Source of the DNA: Escherichia phage MirsaeidiM_Esher2
Length of the DNA: 40,547 nucleotides
Sequence record: PQ464628.1
Strand: one strand, 5' to 3'
The position numbers and the translations under genes were made by a program. The notes under the pieces were generated by a model that saw nothing but the letters and a program-made list of their open reading frames with translations, had not been told where the DNA came from and made no database searches. Of the stretch, positions 1 to 5,695 are shown piece by piece. Position 1 is the first letter of the stretch. Each line of letters begins with the position of its first letter.

Positions 1-86
1 TCATTACTATATGTAGTGGCCTTTATGGTTAACACTAACTAGTGGAGGAGACTCTACGTGAAATCTGATAAACCGGGAGGGCAACT

Positions 87-536
87 ATGCTCGAATTTTT
101 AAAGAGAGCGGCTCCGTGGTTACTTGCAGCAGTGATGTTTGCTGGTGGATACCACACCGCTAACAATAAGTGGGAGGCTAAGGTAAATGAAGAATACACC
201 TCGAATCTTAAGGCATCGGAAGATACAAGGCTCGCTGTCCAAGCTGAAGTCAACAAAGTGTCCAAACGGTTTCAGGACGAAATGTCCTCGCTGGAAGGCA
301 GCACTGATAGGATTATTGCTGACCTTCAGTCTGACAATAAGCGGCTGCGCATCCGAGTCAAACCAACTAGTGGAACCACGCAAAGTGACGGTCGATGCGT
401 CATTGATGGTTACGCCGAACTTGACGAACGAGATGCTAAACGTCTTATCGCCGTCGGAGTGAAAGGAGACAAGTGGATTAAGGCCCTTCAGGACACTGTG
501 AGAGCCTTACAGCAAGAGAAGGAGGTGACGCATTGA
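87..536 (+). CDS. 18.5: Rz-like i-spanin (T7 gp18.5 homolog)
   Basis: 149-aa ORF; SD GGGAGGG upstream; N-terminal TM segment ([14 protein letters not shown]) then charged helical region; sits between small and large terminase as in T7. Confidence 0.8.
   Translation: MLEFLKRAAPWLLAAVMFAGGYHTANNKWEAKVNEEYTSNLKASEDTRLAVQAEVNKVSKRFQDEMSSLEGSTDRIIADLQSDNKRLRIRVKPTSGTTQSDGRCVIDGYAELDERDAKRLIAVGVKGDKWIKALQDTVRALQQEKEVTH
187..462 (+). CDS. 18.7: Rz1-like o-spanin lipoprotein embedded in Rz (+1 frame)
   Basis: ORF entirely inside 87..536 in another frame; lipobox-like LTISG-C followed by Pro-containing C-terminus; true start codon uncertain. Confidence 0.6.
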   Translation: MKNTPRILRHRKIQGSLSKLKSTKCPNGFRTKCPRWKAALIGLLLTFSLTISGCASESNQLVEPRKVTVDASLMVTPNLTNEMLNVLSPSE

Positions 537-2296
537 GTAAAGACTTAGTGGCGCGTCAGGCGCTAATGACTGCCCGTATGAAGGCAGACTTCGTGTTCTT
601 CCTGTTCGTCCTGTGGAAAGCTCTGTCACTCCCGGTCCCGACTCGCTGTCAGATTGACATGGCGAAGAAACTATCGGCTGGTGACAACAGGCGTTTCATC
701 CTACAGGCGTTCCGTGGTATCGGGAAGTCCTTCATTACGTGTGCATTCGTGGTCTGGAAACTATGGAACAACCCAGACTTGAAGTTCATGATTGTGTCGG
801 CCTCAAAGGAACGAGCCGATGCGAACTCCATCTTCATCAAGCGAATCATCGACCTCATGCCTCAGCTTCGGGAACTCAAACCTAAGCAGGGGCAGCGAGA
901 TGCGGTTATCAGCTTCGACGTTGGACCAGCCAAGCCAGACCACTCACCTTCGGTTAAGTCCGTTGGTATCACTGGTCAGTTGACTGGTAGTCGTGCTGAC
1001 ATCCTGATTGCCGATGACGTGGAGGTTCCGAACAACTCAGCGACTCAGGCTGCCCGAGACCGTCTGTCAGAGCTTGTGAAAGAGTTCGACGCTATCCTGA
1101 AGCCGGGAGGTACAATCATCTATCTGGGTACTCCTCAGAACGAGATGACCTTGTATCGTGAGCTGGAAGGCCGTGGGTACACCACTACTATCTGGCCTGC
1201 TCGTTATCCACGCGACAGGAAGGACTGGCAGTCTTACGGCGACCGTCTGGCTCCTATACTTCAGGCAGAGCTTGAAGAGGACCCTGAGTCCTTCTACTGG
1301 CGTCCGACCGACGAGGTACGCTTCGATGATACGGACCTGAAGGAACGTGAGTTGTCATATGGCAAGGCTGGCTTCGCTCTACAGTTCATGCTTAACCCGA
1401 ACCTGAGTGATGCTGAGAAGTACCCTCTGAAGCTACGTGACCTTATCGTAGCCGACTTGGACCCAGCGTCTAGCCCAATGGTATACCAATGGCTTCCTAA
1501 CCCTCAGAACAAGCGTGAGGACGTTCCTAACGTTGGACTCATGGGTGACTCATACCACACGTATCAGACTGTAGGTTCTGCCTTCAGTTCGTACACCCAG
1601 AAGATTCTGGTCATTGACCCTAGTGGTCGTGGTAAAGATGAAACTGGTTATGCGGTACTGTACCAGCTCAACGGCTACATCTTCGCTATGGAAGTTGGCG
1701 GTATGCGAGGTGGCTATGAAGACTCTACGCTGGAAGCCTTGGCTAAGATTGGTCGTAAGTGGAAGGTCAACGAATACGTCATTGAGGGTAACTTCGGTGA
1801 TGGTATGTACCTTGAGCTATTCAAGCCTGTAGCGGCCCGTATTCATCCTGCTGCTGTAACTGAAGTGAAGAGTAAGGGTCAGAAGGAACTCCGCATCTGT
1901 GACGTTCTGGAGCCTATCATGGGGTCTCACCGACTTATCGTTAACGCTGCTGCTATCGTCCAAGACTACCAGTCAGCCTCTGATAAGGATGGTGTGCGTA
2001 ACCCTATCTACTCTCTCTTCTACCAGATGACCCGTATCTCTCGTGAACGTGGAGCATTGGCACACGATGACCGACTTGATGCGCTGGCTATCGGTGTACA
2101 GTTCTTCGTTGAGTCTATGGCGAAGGATGCCAACAAAGGCGAACGTGAAGTCACTGAGGAGTGGCTGGAAGAACAGATGGAGAACCCACGGAAAGGCTTC
2201 GAGTCCATCCACACGGAGTTCTGGGACAATGGGGTCCGGGTAACTCACGATACGGACGACGAGCTGGGACTAGGGTCCTACGTTACGTTCCACTAG
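533..2296 (+). CDS. 19: terminase large subunit (T7 gp19 homolog)
   Basis: 587 aa; colinear with T7 gp19 as recalled ([32 protein letters not shown]); TTG start at 533 overlapping the Rz stop (TTGA), SD GGAGG 7 nt upstream. Confidence 0.95.
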   Translation: MSKDLVARQALMTARMKADFVFFLFVLWKALSLPVPTRCQIDMAKKLSAGDNRRFILQAFRGIGKSFITCAFVVWKLWNNPDLKFMIVSASKERADANSIFIKRIIDLMPQLRELKPKQGQRDAVISFDVGPAKPDHSPSVKSVGITGQLTGSRADILIADDVEVPNNSATQAARDRLSELVKEFDAILKPGGTIIYLGTPQNEMTLYRELEGRGYTTTIWPARYPRDRKDWQSYGDRLAPILQAELEEDPESFYWRPTDEVRFDDTDLKERELSYGKAGFALQFMLNPNLSDAEKYPLKLRDLIVADLDPASSPMVYQWLPNPQNKREDVPNVGLMGDSYHTYQTVGSAFSSYTQKILVIDPSGRGKDETGYAVLYQLNGYIFAMEVGGMRGGYEDSTLEALAKIGRKWKVNEYVIEGNFGDGMYLELFKPVAARIHPAAVTEVKSKGQKELRICDVLEPIMGSHRLIVNAAAIVQDYQSASDKDGVRNPIYSLFYQMTRISRERGALAHDDRLDALAIGVQFFVESMAKDANKGEREVTEEWLEEQMENPRKGFESIHTEFWDNGVRVTHDTDDELGLGSYVTFH

Positions 2297-2390
2297 CTGA
2301 ATGAATAACTATAGGCGAAAACTGAATTAATAAGCAGTTAGTAACCTATAGTTACTACCAGACTAACCTACTGTTTTATAAGGAGTTTGG

Positions 2391-2413
2391 ACTTAACTAT
2401 CACTATAGGGAAG
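2391..2413 (+). promoter_or_regulatory. phage-RNAP promoter, phiOR-like (ACTTAACTATCACTATAGGGAAG)
   Basis: Matches the recurring 23-bp motif found 11 times in the window; lies after gene 19 and before the gene 19.5-like ORF, as phiOR does in T7. Confidence 0.7.
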
Positions 2414-2592
2414 ACCCCCGGTTACTTATAGTATTACTGTAGTGAATATACATATGCAGACTTTATGCAAGACCTTAGGAGGCAGACTCCGAGTTCTTAC
2501 CTAAGGCTTGCACCGATGGAAGGAGGGCGATATTAATCATAATCCCTCCAATACAGATAGTAAAGACCATAGATACAGGAGGTATGTAGCAT

Positions 2593-2751
2593 ATGGCAAA
2601 GACCAAAGCTGTACTTAAAGCTCTGGCGACCAATCGAGCTACATACAGGTTTCTTGCTGCTGTTCTACTTACTGCTGGCGTTACTACTGGAAGTCAGTGG
2701 GTCGGGTGGGTCGAGACTCTCGTATGTTCTCTGGTGTCTGAGTGTCATTAA
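2593..2751 (+). CDS. 19.5: small protein, T7 gp19.5-like (52 aa)
   Basis: ATG with SD AGGAGG 10 nt upstream; hydrophobic 52-aa product with RxTYRFL motif resembling recalled T7 gp19.5; below the 60-aa cutoff of the ORF track. Confidence 0.5.
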   Translation: MAKTKAVLKALATNRATYRFLAAVLLTAGVTTGSQWVGWVETLVCSLVSECH

Positions 2752-2860
2752 CGCCGTAATGGTAACAATCAACGAAAGGAGGTAGGGATGGACGAGGAGT
2801 CTTATGGGTCGTTCTCTGACGAAGATTATCAGACGGAGTGGGAATACTCGCATTGAAGAC

Positions 2861-2901
2861 CTAAGGTCAGTTCATAGCTGACGCTACTCTACTGACCTTA
2901 G
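2861..2901. repeat. perfect 10-bp inverted repeat (CTAAGGTCAG / CTGACCTTAG) with 21-nt loop
   Basis: Arms at 2861..2870 and 2892..2901 are exact reverse complements; located in the right-end non-coding region. Confidence 0.6.
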
Positions 2902-2988
2902 CTACTGTAGTCAAGGACTTTAGGTAACACCTTAAGAGAAGCTCACTTAGGGTCATCCTACTTATTGGTCCATCCTAGTGTCGCCTGA

Positions 2989-3025
2989 CCTACGGTCCTT
3001 GACCTACAGTGGCTGTGGCCTACAG
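2989..3025. repeat. short repeats CCTAC(A/G)G x3, right-end side
   Basis: CCTACGG at 2989, CCTACAG at 3003 and 3019; same motif as the array at 3266..3367; analogous to the CCTAAAG-type repeats near T7 ends. Confidence 0.5.
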
Positions 3026-3064
3026 TAGTGACGATGAGTTTTGGACCAAAAGTTTGAGACCACA

Positions 3065-3265
3065 TCTCACAGTTCAAGAACCTCAAGTCTCCCCATAGGC
3101 CCTCTTTCAGTCCAGACCAAAGGCCCTACCCAAGTCTATCATAAGGTTAGACCGATGGTCAAGACTTCAGGTCAACGATAGGTCTAGGCTATGGCTTAGG
3201 GAAGGACGATAGGTGGTGACTATTGGTCTGTCTTTGAGTCTCTATCTGTATCAGACCTTGAGTCA
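3065..3265. repeat. candidate terminal-repeat region (collapsed single copy) with genome end near 3065
   Basis: Starts TCTCACAGT, as the T7 left end does (TCTCACAGTGTACGG, recalled); flanked on both sides by CCTACAGT repeat arrays; boundaries approximate. Confidence 0.3.
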
Positions 3266-3322
3266 CTACCTACAGTCTAACTACCTACAGTCTAACTACC
3301 TACAGTCTAACTACCTACAGTC
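3266..3322. repeat. tandem 15-bp repeat CTACCTACAGTCTAA (3 full copies + 12-nt partial)
   Basis: Read directly; two further CCTACAGT copies at 3344..3367; produces the artefactual SNYLQ-repeat ORF 3213..3410. Confidence 0.9.
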
Positions 3323-3478
3323 ATCGACCATCGGTAATGCTGCTACCTACAGTCTAAACCTACAGTTAATAGACACAATGGCTATAGACTTAAGGTCTAA
3401 GACATGTTAGTCAAAGACTATATCCTCTTACACCATGGGGCCGACGATAGCTTAATCAATATTATTTCAAATTACCTA

Positions 3479-3507
3479 TTGACTATAGGTCCAGACTATG
3501 GCCTAAT
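3479..3507 (+). promoter_or_regulatory. candidate sigma70 early promoter (A1-like)
   Basis: TTGACT at 3479..3484, 17-nt spacer, weak -10 CCTAAT at 3502..3507; resembles T7 A1 context (TTGACT...CCTATAGG) as recalled. Confidence 0.35.
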
Positions 3508-3789
3508 AGCTTCCGTCAACACGACACGGCAACAACCGGATAGTGAAGACGCCGGTGTCATCCCGGTTAAGTAGACAGCCTGATAAGTCATACGAACAAC
3601 AGGCAGATGACAATAAGGTAGTAAGGTCGCTGAGGGCTTCCACTTCAGCAGGTCGGAAAGGTCCTAAAACCTAACGAGAGTCTGACCAGCTCGCCAAGTC
3701 TGCCACTGAGGTGGATAACCAGAGGAGGCAACGTGTCGCCCACTGAGGGGCTACAGCTCACAGTTTAGGTTAACAGGCTAAACAAATGC

Positions 3790-3819
3790 TTGACAAGATG
3801 TAACGATAAGATGTAATAT
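3790..3819 (+). promoter_or_regulatory. sigma70 early promoter (A3-like): TTGACA-18-TAATAT
   Basis: -35 TTGACA 3790..3795, -10 TAATAT 3814..3819 preceded by TG; surrounding sequence resembles T7 A3 (TTGACAACATGAAGTAA...TACCACATG). Confidence 0.6.
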
Positions 3820-3942
3820 TTACCACATCGAAACAACGGTGATGACCAACACTGAAATGGTCTACCTGAAGTCCTCTGACTGAAGGGAATGCTCTTTAAC
3901 AATCTGGATAAACTCTTAATGTGCGCCGATAGCGACTAACTA

Positions 3943-3990
3943 CAGGGCCTTTGAGTCTACATCTGAAGGCCCTGACTGATAGCCACTAAC
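3943..3990 (+). promoter_or_regulatory. 9-bp-stem hairpin plus conserved box CCTGACTGATAGCCACTAAC (RNase III R0.3-like site candidate)
   Basis: Stem 3943..3951 / 3966..3974 is perfectly complementary; no T-tract follows; immediately upstream of the first early ORF. Confidence 0.5.
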
Positions 3991-3997
3991 TTAAAGG

Positions 3998-4252
3998 ATG
4001 GACACTATGAAACACTTAAGCACAATCACTAATCGCAATGAAGTATTCGTGAACACTAAAGGTTATGCGTGGATTCAGCTTAAAGAGATGAGAGGAGCGC
4101 GTCACCGTGTGGTAGTGCGCAAGGTATCAAGCAAGCAGTTCAGCAACTACAGCGTCGATACTGTGCGTATAGACAACGAGACATACCTGATAGACGCGCA
4201 GATAACCGTGAGTCCTACAGTGGGCGTCTCAGCTCCTTATTTCGCTAACTGA
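3998..4252 (+). CDS. hypothetical early protein (84 aa; basic)
   Basis: First ORF downstream of the sigma70 promoters; SD AAGGA favours the second ATG at 4007; no similarity to T7 proteins I can recall. Confidence 0.55.
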   Translation: MDTMKHLSTITNRNEVFVNTKGYAWIQLKEMRGARHRVVVRKVSSKQFSNYSVDTVRIDNETYLIDAQITVSPTVGVSAPYFAN

Positions 4253-4265
4253 GAGTGATTAACTA

Positions 4266-4307
4266 CAGGTCGTTAGAATCATAGCGGCCTGACTGATAGT
4301 CACTAAC
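4266..4307 (+). promoter_or_regulatory. hairpin plus second copy of box CCTGACTGATAGTCACTAAC
   Basis: 7-bp stem 4266..4272 / 4285..4291 (one G-U); box 4288..4307 is 19/20 identical to 3971..3990; directly upstream of the ocr-like gene. Confidence 0.45.
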
Positions 4308-4335
4308 ACATAATTAACTTTGAGAGGATATAACT

Positions 4336-4839
4336 ATGGAACGTAATGCTAACGCATACTATGAGCTGCTGGCTGCAACCGTTGAGGCATTTATCGAGCG
4401 TATTCAGTACGACCATCTGACTCAAGATGATGACTACAGCGATGCGCTGCATGAGGTCGTAGACGGTCAGGTTCCACACTATTACCACGAGATTTTTACG
4501 GTGATGGCTGCTGATGGTATAGACCACGAGTTCGAAGACTCTGGGCTGATGCCTGAAACCAAGGACGTAACGCGTATACTACAAGCTCGCATCTATGAGG
4601 CGCTTTATAACGATGTGTCTAATAGCTTGGATGTAGTCTGGTTTGAGGCTGAAGAGGCAGACGAAGAGGATGAATATTGGGTAGTTGACGCTAAAACAGG
4701 CGCAATAATTGTGCAAGCTGTAGCTCTTGAGGTCGCTACTGCATGTGCCAAGGTCAACTATGCAATAGGTCGCCACCTGAAGGTGGAAGACATCAATGAT
4801 AACGTAGTGTTCGACCCTGCGGCTGAGGACTGCGAGTGA
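4336..4839 (+). CDS. 0.3: Ocr-like DNA-mimic anti-restriction protein with C-terminal extension
   Basis: 167 aa; residues ~40-95 ([43 protein letters not shown]) match recalled T7 Ocr; acidic; about 50 aa longer than the 117-aa T7 Ocr. Confidence 0.8.
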   Translation: MERNANAYYELLAATVEAFIERIQYDHLTQDDDYSDALHEVVDGQVPHYYHEIFTVMAADGIDHEFEDSGLMPETKDVTRILQARIYEALYNDVSNSLDVVWFEAEEADEEDEYWVVDAKTGAIIVQAVALEVATACAKVNYAIGRHLKVEDINDNVVFDPAAEDCE

Positions 4840-4988
4840 TGGTAACTTATGGTCTCTGCCAGCACCACGTCGCCAACGCCCGGCTTATGGTCAAGACCGG
4901 GCGGTTAACCCATGATGAGACTATGCGTCTCCTGAAGGTGGTCTACAAGCGCCGCAAGCGTATTCACGACAGTTTGCACGCTGAGTGA
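4839..4988 (+). CDS. hypothetical small basic protein (49 aa)
   Basis: ATG overlaps the ocr stop (TGATGG); open 49 codons; below ORF-track cutoff; Cys/His-containing, basic C-terminus. Confidence 0.35.
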   Translation: MVTYGLCQHHVANARLMVKTGRLTHDETMRLLKVVYKRRKRIHDSLHAE

Positions 4989-4995
4989 TAAACGA

Positions 4996-5021
4996 GAGGT
5001 CATCGACTGATAGGTGGCCTC
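4996..5021 (+). promoter_or_regulatory. hairpin GAGGTCA / TGGCCTC with GACTGATAG in the loop
   Basis: 7-bp stem incl. one G-U pair; shares the AGGTCA/TGGCCT core with hairpins at 8711, 16060 and 40490. Confidence 0.4.
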
Positions 5022-5054
5022 AAAGATTACCACTTACATTAATAGGGGTTAACT

Positions 5055-5144
5055 ATGAGTGTGGGATATTGGGTATGCCTAGCGCCAGTTATCTGGATGA
5101 TAGGCTATGGGTTATACGACTGTATTAAACGGAAATCACTATGA
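5055..5144 (+). CDS. hypothetical 29-aa hydrophobic peptide
   Basis: ATG with SD AGGGG upstream; stop overlaps next ATG (ATGA); very short, so weak. Confidence 0.25.
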   Translation: MSVGYWVCLAPVIWMIGYGLYDCIKRKSL

Positions 5145-5338
5145 GTCTTGCACTATTGATAGCCATAGGCTATGGACTTATCGCCTACGTGCTGGTGAGA
5201 GACATCAACAAAGCGCGTAAAGTCTACAAATTCAACTATGTACGTCTGGGCCGCTGGACTGTACGTCAACCTAACGGACGATTCATGCGCAACTTAGCGA
5301 ACGTCTGGGATATAGCAACTATTGGGAGCAAACTGTAA
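5141..5338 (+). CDS. hypothetical small membrane protein (65 aa)
   Basis: N-terminal hydrophobic segment LALLIAIGYGLIAYVLV; start overlaps preceding stop, stop overlaps next start (TAATG). Confidence 0.45.
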   Translation: MSLALLIAIGYGLIAYVLVRDINKARKVYKFNYVRLGRWTVRQPNGRFMRNLANVWDIATIGSKL

Positions 5339-5598
5339 TGAAAACCGTATACATTAACAAACCATCTAGCCATAGCCGTGTAGAGCAAATAGAGCGTGAC
5401 ATGTTCTTACATCGCCGCATGAGGGCTGAGGGCCATAAGTACGAACTGATGAGTCTGGCGTTTGGTGGACGACCGATCACTGACGATGGTAAACTTTTAG
5501 TCTCAGGCTGGAAGGCGATAGACCAACGGTCAACCATCAAGCACACGACTCACGGTGACTTCAGCCATCTCCACGCTAACCAACTGATATGCAAGTGA
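5338..5598 (+). CDS. hypothetical early protein (86 aa)
   Basis: Translationally coupled to the upstream ORF; occupies the position where T7 has gene 0.7 but is far too short for a kinase. Confidence 0.5.
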   Translation: MKTVYINKPSSHSRVEQIERDMFLHRRMRAEGHKYELMSLAFGGRPITDDGKLLVSGWKAIDQRSTIKHTTHGDFSHLHANQLICK

Positions 5599-5603
5599 TT
5601 ATG

Positions 5604-5626
5604 ACTTAACTATCACTATAGGACTC
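5604..5626 (+). promoter_or_regulatory. phage-RNAP promoter-like sequence directly upstream of the RNAP gene
   Basis: ACTTAACTATCACTATAGGACTC; identical to the phiOR-like site over 20 nt (5603..5622 = 2390..2409). Confidence 0.55.
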
Positions 5627-5695
5627 AAGGTCTAAGACTCCAAGTGAAAGACCAAAGAGACTTTAAGTGAAAGACTAATAACAAGGACTTTAAGT

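Noticed and set aside
2665-2853. 62-aa minus-strand ORF in the right-end region
   Set aside because: Antisense to the gp19.5-like ORF, which has an SD and matches T7 gp19.5
3266-3322. Possible CRISPR array
   Set aside because: Repeats are contiguous with no spacers, only 15 bp long and sit at the phage genome end; this is a short-repeat array, not CRISPR
3213-3410. 65-aa ORF with SNYLQ repeats
   Set aside because: Artefact of translating the tandem 15-bp DNA repeat array in the genome-end region
3606-3640. A2-like sigma70 promoter (ATGACA -35-like element)
   Set aside because: No acceptable -10 hexamer at 16-19 nt spacing; region is homologous in position to T7 A2 but looks degenerate
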